Source of the DNA: the human T2T-CHM13v2.0 reference genome, Homo sapiens
NCBI RefSeq assembly: GCF_009914755.1
Contig: NC_060931.1
Reading direction: 5' to 3' (one strand)
DNA length: 64,000 nucleotides
The notes beneath the pieces are model-generated. The model was given only the letters and a program-made list of their open reading frames with translations, was not told the origin of the DNA and did no database searches. Of the stretch, positions 47,993 to 60,350 are shown piece after piece. A program made the translations under genes and the position numbers. Every line of letters starts with the position of its first letter. Position 1 is the stretch's first letter.

Positions 47993-49180
47993 GAAGGCTG
48001 GCTTTTTTACCATCATTGAAATCAAGTTAGAATGCACTGTCTCTTCATAGGTAACAAGTAAATCTTTGTAATCAATTGGAATAAATTCCAATGAGCTTTT
48101 TGAAAAAATGAAATTTCTGGGATATTATTAATGATGCACATAGAAAGACAGTGAATCCAATGCACATTTTCTTCAGTTTTGATAACGTTACTGTGATTCC
48201 TCGCTTGTCCAAAAGAATCGAAGAATGAGTTCGTTCTAGCTTTCTACAAATGAATTCTGCATTTCATTCACAATGAAATAAAAGAGCAAAAGTTATCTGA
48301 GTATACCACTAAAGTACTATATATCTGTAAATTACTTTACACTTGCTATCCTCGGCTCATCAGATTAAGCTACAATCAGAATGTCTCATTTATAAACGGA
48401 AAGTTGATCAGCTTTTTACTTCCGACCACAAGTTTATCTCCCCTCAGATACCACTGATCCAGTGAGGCATTTAGCTTGCCATAGGCCAGGCTGGGGCCAG
48501 TACCACGGCATCCGCAAGGGTGCCAACCTTGTTTGCCTGGATGCCTCCAGCAGATTCGCGCAAACTGCAACTGGTTTTACATCAGGAATACTGTTTGACC
48601 AAAGAGTAATTTAGGAGCCAGAGATGAAGTGAGTAAACGTTCAACCGAGGGGTCAAGGTTTCAAACGCACACGTTCTCTATCCCACCAGGAAAGTTCGAT
48701 ACTGTAACAGTGTTTTCGTTTTTCCTTGTCCACCCTAAAGGTTTTCGTCAGGATATTCCCAAAGCCTCCGTCGGTCTGGGGGCAGGAGTAGGGAGAAGGG
48801 ATGAGGTGACTTTTTGGGCGGGGTGGGGGGAACGTCTGGGCAGCCAGGGACCTGCCCATTCACTCCCCTTTCCCAGCCCCGGGAGGGCGCAGCGCCCGGG
48901 TGGGGAGCCCGAGCCAGCCCAGGCCGGCTCTGGCCTCCTGACCCAGACAGCGCAGGGCGCGAGGGATCGCGCGGCCGAGCCCGGGTCGCGCCGCTCCCAG
49001 CATCGGGGCCGCTAGCCAAGAGTTCGAGGCCTTCCCGATCCGGATGTGATGAAAAAGAGCAACAGAGGGAGAAGTGTTTCAGGATTGTAGGAGTGGAAGA
49101 GGGGAAAGAGAGGCAGAGAGGGGGAAGGCCCCCTCGCAGGGGAGCCGGCTGGAGTGAGCTGGCTGGAAAGAGGGGGCGGA

Positions 49181-49400
49181 GTGCGCGGAGTCAGAGCCGC
49201 CACCGCTGCCGCAGTTGCCGCCACTGCGGCGTCTGGGCTGAGCCGGAGGGAGGCGGGAGGACGCGCAGGGGCGGCCGCCGCCGTCGTCAGGCCACCGGGG
49301 CGAAAATGCGGCCGCTGCCGGAGGCTCGCTAACTTTCCGGGGCGGAAGAGGAGGAGGAGGAGGAGGAAGGGGCTTGGAGCGACTACGGGGGGATGCGGAG
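49181..49400 (+). CDS. MDFIC: MDFIC exon 1 coding part, GUG-initiated p40 isoform N-terminal extension
   Basis: GTG at 49181 gives (M)RGVRAATAAAVAATAASGLSRREAGG...RKRRRRRRKGLGATTGGCG, matching the recalled HIC p40 N-terminus; donor G|GTAGGT at 49400/49401, phase 1. Confidence 0.88.
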
Positions 49401-49692
49401 GTAGGTAGTGGTCTCCGGGCGGGGAAGAGGAGGGGTTTGATCCCCATCCCCGGGGTTCTCCCAAACCCGATCTCTCTTTCCAGCCCCTCCCCGCTGGGTC
49501 CACCTCGGACCCCTGGGACCCCGCCGCTGTCAACTTGCGCTGTTTAACAGTTTTCTTCGCAAGTTTCAAATCAAAACTTCCCCGGGGTGGAGTTTGAGGG
49601 AGGGAAGTGGAGGGGGAGGGAACGTCCCGCAGGGGTGGTGTGCTCTTCTCTAAAAACATTTTTTTTTTTAATTTTGTATATTTTTCCGCCAG

Positions 49693-49893
49693 AAGCAGTC
49701 AGTTCCCTGCACCCAGCACCTCACAGCCCTTCCTCCGTGCGCCCTGCCGGGCGGCGAGCTAGGCGGCAGCGGCGCGGCGCGGGCTCGGCGGAGCGGCCCA
49801 TGTCCGGCGCGGGCGAAGCCCTCGCTCCCGGGCCCGTGGGGCCGCAGCGCGTGGCCGAGGCGGGCGGCGGCCAGCTGGGCTCCACAGCCCAGG
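49693..49893 (+). CDS. MDFIC: MDFIC exon 2: rest of the p40 extension and start of p32 (ATG at 49800)
   Basis: Acceptor tttttccgccAG; reads EAVSSLHPAPHSPSSVRPAGRRARRQRRGAGSAERP-MSGAGEALAPGPVGPQRVAEAGGGQLGSTAQG; consensus donor G|GTGAGT at 49893/49894; frame continuous with exon 1. Confidence 0.93.
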
Positions 49894-52800
49894 GTGAGTG
49901 CGCGCTTGCAAGTGGCAAGCTTCTTTGTCATTGTTGCATTTTTCAGTTTGCTCACAAGTGCACAGATAGGGGTGGGGGGAGTGCTGTGAGGAGGGGCTCC
50001 CACTCGTAGTTGAGAACTTTTGCACAGTTCGCGTTACTCAGGCAAGTTCTTCAGGATCCTTGCCCTAGATCAACAACCGGGTAAGAGGGCGGGAACCGTT
50101 GGTCCCTCCACTCCCCCTTCCTTTGGTTGCGAAGAAACAGGATGACAGGATTGCTTCTTTCTTAAGCATATGCATGTTTGGGCCTAAGACTCAATGTGTA
50201 GGTTCTGAAGCGCTTCTCCTCTAGGTCTCTTCAGCAGATCCAGGACTGCCGCAGCTCTCTGAACAAGCGTGCACTTACTCCATTTCATCTTTCTGTTTCT
50301 TGTTGGCTCCTCTACCACCCGGTTGATAATTCAGGTTTCTGTGACCAGTAGCTTTGGAATGGCTTATGCTTGTTTTCAATAACTGGTTTGTTTTGAAATA
50401 AATAAACAAGGTTTATAAGAAACACTTTCCAAGAATGAATTAGCTTCTTTGTGTTCTTCCAAAGTGTAAACACACACAGCCTATAAAATACTCTTGTGTC
50501 TGGGAAACTTCCATAACAAGCTTCTAAACGAGTTGAACCTTTCTTCTCTTGAAGGCAATATACTTTAGGTTTCCATTGGTGACAGAGAGGAAGGTTCTTA
50601 AACTTCTAATGCATTTTACTCTAAGGATGGTTTTGAGCTAAAGAATTCTGTCACTGATATATCAGAACTAAGTAATTTTTCCAGTGCTCAAAAACCTAGC
50701 ATATACCCCTGATTTTAGGCATAAACTGATAGCTTTATTTCCCACTTGTACTAATGTAGTGAATCTTAGGGATTTTTTTTAAGGCAGCAAAAATTGGAGA
50801 AGGAGTTAACTTTCAAGCTGCAATAGGTAAAAGCAGAAAACATCTTGGTTAAATTAAAATGTTCTGGCACCCAGGGCTGTTAAACTGAATTACATTTATC
50901 ATTATTTTTTGCCTCTAAATGAGTGACTCAGCTTTCTAAACAGAAAATAAAAATGATTAACTGCAGAAAATCAGAGAACTAGAATGATAAACATATGTTT
51001 TCTGAGAAGCAGCCCGTGTTCTCCACCTTGTATTGTCAGCACAATCATTTTCCTGTCATTAGGCATGCCCTTAGTAGTCATATCGACTCATTGATGGGCT
51101 GTTTATGCTCACACTTGAGCTGCTAATCACAATTGTTAAACCAGGCTTATGTCAAAAATCAACATCAAACACCCAAGGAAAATAATTTGACCTGGAAATA
51201 GCTAATATCTACAATATCCAACTTTAATAGTTTGCATTTCTAAAATCATCTGGGAGAATGTGCAGTGGTACTTAATGTACCTGTGCATTAGGATGCTGGA
51301 TGGTGTCATGTGATCTGAACTTAAGAACCCGAAAATCTAGAGTGGCCTGAAGTAGCACATTTGTTGGGTACAACACACGTTATCAGTGTAGAAACTCTTG
51401 GGTTATATTTTACCTGAAAATTGCCTTAGCTTTAGCAACATAGTTATACATTTTTATTATTATTAGTTTAACTTTGATCCAAAACTTTCTTTAAATAGGG
51501 ATCAGTTTAATTTAAATATAAAGTTGATTTTTAAAAAGAGAGTCTGCAGAATCTTGTTAAAATATGATGTCTTAAACAGGCAGATGTCATAAGGTGTATT
51601 TAAAGAAAGAAATTCTTGGAGCAAATGGTTAGAGGAAAGCTTCAAGGGAAGCTTGGTTAGGTTGGTTTTATTGATAAAGACATTTGTGAAGAAGCTTTGC
51701 TCGAAGGCCACTCTACTCTTAAGCCTTTTCTCAAGTTCTTTTATCCTCTTGCTTCTGTCCTTGGATTCTTTATCATCCTTTCTGAAGAATAGCTTAATAA
51801 TTCTACGGTAGGATATGGCTGCTTAGTTAACAGAAACCTAATTTTTAAATTCTTTATATTAAAGTCAGTAAGAAAAGTGGAATTTTAAATACAAATTAAC
51901 AGAAAAAAATATTATTTCAGGAACATGAAGGATATGATCAAGTCTACCCCTGCAAAGTTAAATATATATATATAGGTAAATAATGACATTACAAGCTCTA
52001 CATTTATTACTATACTATATTGTGATGAGCTATCCATACTGTTAACCAAAGGCATGGAACATTACAGTTGAAAGTAATTTTGGGGATTCTCTAATCTGAA
52101 CTCCACATCAAGTCTAAAATTCAATTCTACATCCTTTTAGGTGTTTTGTTAAAAACCTGTAGTGAAGCCCATTCTAGTATTAGCATTAAGAATTAGAAAG
52201 GTTGTCCATATTAAGAGCATACTCTTCCTCCTTAAAGTTTCTACCTTTTTGTTGTGGTTCTGCAAGGCTTTCTATTGTTTTGAAAGCATTAAAAAGCATT
52301 ACAAATCTTTCCCATGTGTTTTGAAAATAGTTACAGAGCAGGGACATAAGCTTACATGCTCCAGGCTGTAAGAGGGAACCAGGATAGATGTCAGACAGTA
52401 TGGAGCAATGGGGATTTTGGGGAACTGGAGAGCTCATGGGCCAGGAAACAACATTCCTCAGTTTTAGCTAATTGTTGCCATGTGGGTTAGTATCTTCAGA
52501 TATTTCAAGTGATACTGGAAATCCAGATTTTTATGTATCATCTCTCCATTTTTAAGAGTTTGCAACTAATTAAACACCAATTTTGTGCAGGCCAAACAAA
52601 ACAACCACAACTGTAGGCTGGATATGGCCTCTGAGCAGCTAATTTGTGATCTCTCATACAGAAAATAGAAAGTAAACATGTAATTTAAAGCTATATTCTT
52701 ATTTGTTACTACCTTGTGAAATATTGATTTACTTTCTCATGCAAAGTACTTGTATACATGTCTTGATAGGTGAAAAGCCATTTCAGTTATACTTTATTTT

Positions 52801-53704
52801 AAGAGATAATGGATCTTGTTTGTGTGGTCCCTGTAATTGCCATTTGTCCTGGTTTGATTAAACATTTTAAAATTCGTGTTATGGAACCACATTGAAAATG
52901 TAAGTATTTGCCCTTTGGTGCAATAGTTACTAGAACTCCTATAATCCAAAGAGCCTTTGAATTAAGTGCTTCTTTCATAAGTTTGGGATTTGTAACTAGA
53001 GGGGTCTTTAGAAATAATTTAATCCAACCCGCTCATTTTTTAAATAAGGGAAAGGATGTCCAAAGAATTTAAGTGACTTGCCCAAGGTCTCATACACAGT
53101 CAGTAGCAAGAAATCAGGGTAGAAGCACAAATTATAACATAAATTGTATGTCATTGTGATAAATGCAGTTGAAGTAGAGAATCAGTTCAACTTTTTTATA
53201 GGGCTGGATGCATTGACAATAGGCTTGGGATATTGTGAATCACTTGAGCTTGTTCCCATCCCTGTATCTTTCCCCCAACCCCCCAAGACATTGCATTTGT
53301 CAAGACGTAGATCGTTGGACTCTGAGTGCTAGAATATATTTTAATGTGATAATGTGTGATTTAATGCACTCTTCTCTCTTGGGAGAGTCCTCTTGAGACT
53401 ATTAGGCGGACTTTTCTTAGCAGGATGCAAAATGCCAGTGAAGTTAATTAAAAATAATCTAAAATAGAAGCTGGGGAGAAAATCAAGTTGAAATTACATA
53501 AGAAGAGCTTTGATTTAGAAGCTTAGCTGAGTTGTCAGTAGTTTATAGAGGCTAATCAGATTTTCTTTTTGGGAAGCCAGTTTATTTCAATGTATATAAT
53601 GTATACTTGTACATATCTGTATTCTTCTATTTTTATCATATTATTTTATCCTTTTGATTAAGGATGGCATTTCACAAAATGTGTCATCTTTGAACAGCTT
53701 CTAA

Positions 53705-53908
53705 TCCTGGTTCTCTACTGGGGACAATTTTGCTCTTCAGGACACATTTGGCAATATCTACAGGCATGTTTGGTGGTCGTAATGGGGGTGCTACTAGCAT
53801 CTAGTGAGTGGAGATCAGGGACACTCCTGAACATTTTGTAATGCATAGGATAGGACAACCTTTACAAGAAAGAATCACCAGTAATGTTGAGATTGAGAAA
53901 CTGCTATC
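53705..53908. mobile_element. MER20 (hAT-Charlie)
   Basis: ggacacatttggcaatatct...gggggtgctactagcatctagtgagtggag...gagattgagaaac. Confidence 0.8.
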
Positions 53909-55799
53909 CTTGAGGCAACTGACGTTTTTGGTTTCATCCCAGACTTATAGAATTAGGATCTCTGGATGTAAGAGCCAAGAATCTGCATTTTAATCAAGCT
54001 CCAGGTGCTCCTTAACTCTAGTTGAGAATCATTGTTTTATGGGCTTTAATCTCTAAAAGGATATGTTATAGTGATAGACTTTTAAAAACAGTCCTTTTTT
54101 TTTTTTTTTGGAGGGAAAGACTTCAGAAAGCTTTTTAAAAGTTCACCTTTTCAAGTTCCAAAATTTAAATTGTTATCACTCCATGTAAACTCTCTAATAA
54201 TCCTCTCTAAGATTTTTTGTCATATGCTTCAATTCATCCTCAAAATACTGCTGCATAGTCATCCTCAAAAAAGCTTATTTATTTTCATAATTATATGCAC
54301 TATAATACAAATATATTTTTAACAATATAAAAGAAATGCAAAAGTAAAAATTAATAAGGATGAGAGACTAAATAAATAGAATTTTAATACTTTATTTCAC
54401 TATTTCAGTAGATATTCTTGCTACCCTACACTTTGGAGACTCCAACATATGGCAAAACAAGGAAAGAAATCTCCAGTTTTCACATGAGTTGTGTTCCATT
54501 GTAAATTGGACTTTTAGAGCCTGGATTCTACTTTCTCATAGAAACAGAGGGATAAATTATATTTAGTTCCCTAATAAAAGTCAAAAGATTGTTAGAATTA
54601 AGTTTTATTAAATTTTGTGTGCTTTTAATGGTAACTCACAGAAAACATACTATTATAAAACTGGCAGCAAATACAAATAACCAAGAATAAAATTAAACTG
54701 AATAGAAATTGGTTTAAAACACTTTTTGAATACAGATGCTTGAGGAAGGACAAGTTAATTAGAAAAATATAGAAGGGCATGTAGATTTGAAAGAGGATTT
54801 GGGAACATTTTGAATTTGGAAAATGAATCTTAGAACTTATACTTCTAACTTTTTATGCCTAAAGGAACTAATGTACATTTTATGATTTTAGTTATACAAG
54901 TGGAGGGCTTATCAGCTGGGCATATTCATTTTCCCTTTGTTAAGAAAAAGAACCAAATGAGTAAGAGAAGAATGTAACTGGGAAAAAACTAAAAACAGAG
55001 GAAGGAAGTGGTTAAAGAAGATATATCTGTAAATTTAAGAAAGCATTTGGAGAGGTTGAACTGTTTAAGAACTGTGAAAAAAAAAAGGTCTAAGGAATAG
55101 CATGGTACATGCTGAGCCTGTGGCTGGCATGTTAAGGAAATCAGTGCCATAGTAGAGGCACAAAGAAAGTGTGATGGCAGAACATGGGCGAGAGAAAATA
55201 TCTCTAGTAGGGGATTTGGAAAAGCCTCAAGAAAAGTTTTGATTTGAGTTGGACCAGGAAGCATAGCATGGTTGTAGGACTCAGTTCTGTGGAGATAAGT
55301 GGTAGAAAACAAGGCTTGGGGGAGATGATTACAGAATATTGGGTACTTCACCAAGACCATTGTTGGGGCTGTATGAAGGGTCGGAGAACAAGATAGCCTA
55401 AAGTCAGTTTCAGGAGGGCCCTGATTCTCTTGCTGAGGAGCTTGCATATCTCTTCTGTAGGAGTTGGTGACCACTGAAGTCTCTTAAGAAGAAAAGGACA
55501 GGAACCACTTGTGTTTTTAGGAAAACTGTTCTGGTGACAGTTCATAGAATGGTTTTGGAGGAAGAAGCAAGAGTGGAGGCAGTGATTATAATAGGCTGAC
55601 AAAAGATTAGAGGACTTAGGGCAGCACCAGTAGGAGTAAAATTGAGGAAATTGATTTAAAAACAATAGCAAAAATAGGATAGAGCTTTACTCAGCTGTGA
55701 GAACCCCTGAGGGAATAGATTTTTACTTATTCATCTTTGAAACTCCTGAGACCAAGCACAGTGTCCACATTTTGATGAAATGATATGGTTGGGTAAAAA

Positions 55800-56315
<516 letters not shown>

Positions 56316-59300
56316 GGTGGTTGGGTAAAATATTTTATATGGGAGATGGTGGAAAAGTAGAAATTTAAGGTAATCCATAAGTTTGCTTTGTAGCCTGAGT
56401 GGCAACCTAGGAGGAGCTGTTGAGTCTTCTTAGTCACAGGAGCATTGGATATTTGGTGGATACAAAAGATGAAAAGAGTTTTGGTTTGTTTAAGAGAAAC
56501 AGGGTGCATGGAAGACTTCTCTTGCTTGGATGGGTGGATTGAATACCCTCACTGTGCACTAATGAGAAGAAAGCCGGAAGTTAGAGAGAAAATGAAGATG
56601 AAAGGAGATGGAGGAGGGAGGAAGTGGTGCAGTAGGTGTTTGTAAGGGAAAGATAAAAATTCTGGGATGGAATGGGATGAAGGGACCAGTCTTTGGAAAG
56701 TTGGGAATATTCCTCTTTGAGATGGAGGTGGGAGAAAAGGATAGGTGATAATCTAGAGAACATTTGATGTGAAAATGAATATTGAGGGCCTAGATCTCAG
56801 CAAAGTAAATGGTAACATTTTCTGAGAGCAAAGGAGGTTAGGATGAATCAAGAAGTTTGAGATGTCTGGAAAAGATTTGGAAGAGGGAAGAATTAAAGGG
56901 ATAGTCAATCTGGGGCAAATAAAATGCCTGCTGGGTAACACAAAGAAATTAACTAGGACTGAATGGCATGAATTCTTAGTGGAAGTGATCAGCATGGTTG
57001 ATTGTCTTTCTCAGCCAGGGAGCATGCAGGAGCTTGGGAAGGGAAGCAGACAGAATGGATTTTGCAATTAGCATAGGGTTGGAGGTTGGCAGGGTGGAAG
57101 TGATGAGAGGATGACAAGTGACAAGGGATGCATATCACGCATGTGTGGGAAGTGTTTATGTTAACCGGTCTTGTATTCCAGGCTGGGAAGAGAATCCAGA
57201 GACCAGAAATGCAATTGACAGGCTAAGACCTCTGGCGAGAAAAAAAATTGTGGCTGTTGCTTTGTTTGGTCAGTTCACATATGAGGATTTAATATATATG
57301 ATTGAGTGACCTTTACATGGCTATGAGGGAAGCTGTGGAATTTTTGGGTGTGTAAAGGCTTTTCCTGTTTCTTTGAACCTCGTTTCCTGGATCTTGTTGA
57401 GATGATTTCATGGAAAGAAGGCCTAATAACAGTGTGCAATTATTTTATTGGATTATGTTTCTATAATAATAAAAGGTTTGGGAGTAATGAGGAAACATCA
57501 ATTGACACCATCTAAAGTTAGGCCATATGCAAATACAAAGTTATTTAGAACAACAACACATGGAACAGATAAAAAAAAATTCAACCAGATTATCTTTCTG
57601 AGACAATGTAAATATTTTTCTGTACAAAGGCAGAGGATAAATCGTGATTTCTATGTTTCTACTTCTAAAAGCATTCAGTTTTTATTAAGAGAATACATTC
57701 TGTACTGACTAGATTCTAGATTTTGGACAATTTAACTTCAGTGATTCATTGGAGTAGATCAAAGAAAGTTGCTGCAGCCCTTCTGTCTTAATCAGTGCTA
57801 TGTATATGCACCAGTATTTTGGATACTTGATCTCTCTCTCTCCCTCCGTCCCCTTTTCCTCCTCCCTCTCTCTCTCTCTTTGTCTTTCCAGTAACACTTT
57901 ATTGAAGTTACTTAAACTTTTAATATCTACTTTTTACATTAGCCTACATGTCCTGAAGGAGGAAAGCTTTTTAACCTTAAGTTTTTGAAGTCTAGTTATA
58001 TTTTATAGATTCTTCTTCTAATCACTTAGGGTTTGCTAAGTAGAAACTATGAGAAGAGTTATTTTAACATGAATTTAATTTCGTTTGTGGTTTTTACTTA
58101 CAGTCTACTTCTGTTTTCAGATTCACGCCCACATGATCTCAAGTGAGATGATTCATATACATGTGCTTTTATGCCCAATTTTTGGTAGTTTCAGGAATAA
58201 AGTCTGAAATTAATTTTTATGCTAGCACATATATTTTACTATGGAGAGATTTGAAGGGGAAAACCCTGCCCACAAATATTTTTCGGTGTGCCTACAAGGT
58301 CCTGCGAAAATTAAGAATGTATAGTTTTGCCCACAATGAATTTCTCAACAGGATGAGAAAGGATAAGACACAAATGTTTACCAAATTAAATTTCAGTCTC
58401 TTACTGAAATATCAATTCAAGATTAAAATAATAGCCATGTGACAGATTAATTTATGGCCAGATGCCAACTAACTGGTATCATCCTGGAGCAGGAAAATTT
58501 AGAGGTTGAGAGAGGATTTCAGGATGGCGAGAAGGAATCAGTTTTGTCTAAGTTGGACTGCTAGTGTCCATAGTTGAAGAATATACCGTTTGTAGGGTTT
58601 TTTGGTGAGAATTATGCCGTGTTGAGCCTTGAAACTAAGGTATCTTGTGGTCGAGCAGGTGACAGGCTCTCTGAAACTAGGTGGCAGAGTATGAAGGAAC
58701 CAGCTTCCTCTCTTTACTTTTGCCACTCCGAGGCATAGTCCTCCTACTCTTTTTCAAGGTGAATCCGCCCTGATCTTTCGGGTGTTTGTAAACGCAGACG
58801 CTGCTTTTGGGTTTCTATAAACATAGTTCTTATTTCTTTCATTACTCAGGCAATACATAAGATCTGAGGGGTTGTACTATTTATTTCTCATGGGGATACA
58901 AGATAAAATTATTAAGCGTGGGAAAGTATAGGAGTTTACAATATAAAATATTCTAAAATATCTATGTTCAAATAACTCTATCAGTTTTTCACCAATATGC
59001 AAAATGGATATAATTCATACTTCAGCTAAGGAGTAACATATTTGATCTTGGTGTTAGGAAAGTATTTTTGATTGGAGGGTAAAGAGACTGAGGCACTGGT
59101 AGTGGGTGTGGAAAAGAAACTATAGATTTGCGAGAAATTGGGGAGTTGTTACTAGCAGGATCTGGTAATTGATTATTTTGGAATAGGCGACATAAAAAGA
59201 AAATAAAGAGTTGAAGGTGATTCTGTAACTACTATTAGCTAAGACACAGACAACAGTTATAGAAACAGACAGGAAGAGAAGAAAAGTGGTGATGAATTTT

Positions 59301-60017
59301 GGGAAATGTTGAGTCTGAGTTGCTAAAGATATATTTATGTAGAGTTAAAACTTCAAATCTGTAGCTCAAGATAGGTGTCAGGGCTAGTAAAATGGATCTA
59401 CAAGTTATCTCCCTGCAATTTACTGAAACTGTGGAAGTTGATGAGACTGCAAAGATGGTAGAGCCAAAAGAATATAGGTTGTGGTCTTAGAGGAGAATCC
59501 GAAGAACTCATTGCTCTACAGCAAGGGTGGGGAGGACCCAGAAATTGAGAGGCTGAGTTAGTGAAGTTTATAAGTTCCTGATTTGGGCCTTTACAAAAAT
59601 TGACAGATGACACACCTTCTGATTTCAATTTCATATCTACCATTCTGAAGTCCCAGAATTCAATTTCAGTATACTTCAAATTCACTTACAATTATCTTAT
59701 TTGTGCCTTTGCCACTATTTGGAAAGCTCTTCTCTGTCCTCTATTTATTTAATTCAATATCAGACTCAAAGCATAACTCTGAAATGCTCTTACAGATTAA
59801 ACAACCCCCTTTGATTCAATTTTGATTTCCACTAGCCTTCATTCTTGTAATAGTGCCAAGTAAGGGTTCTTTGCTTAACTACAGAGCTTGAGACTAAAAA
59901 TGTTCTTCATAAAATAACTCTGTATAACTGAGAGGTAACAAAAAGGTTTTTAAAACTGTGGTGCATATGCAAGTTATCATGCTGAAAGACTAAAGATGGG
60001 TGTGAATCATCATTTAA

Positions 60018-60350
<333 letters not shown>

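Larger units (their letters stand above)
48760..49910 (+). promoter_or_regulatory. MDFIC: CpG island / TATA-less promoter and 5' exons of MDFIC
   Basis: Abrupt GC- and CpG-rich island in an AT-rich background; GC boxes (gggcggggt ~48816, ggggcgga ~49173); ETS-like ccggatgt at 49040-49047. The exact TSS cannot be read from sequence. Confidence 0.92.

Noticed and set aside
49154-49180. Upstream in-frame GTG at 49154 as the p40 start
   Set aside because: The recalled p40 N-terminus and 109-aa length fit 49181; minor use of 49154 cannot be excluded
49012-49659. 215-aa minus-strand ORF and other long ORFs over the CpG island
   Set aside because: Stop codons are rare in GC-rich DNA; the products are low-complexity with no recognisable domain
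58110-58150. Possible 22-nt micro-exon (ttttcAG...aa|GTgaga)
   Set aside because: It would shift the frame, such motifs are common in introns, and there is no transcript evidence
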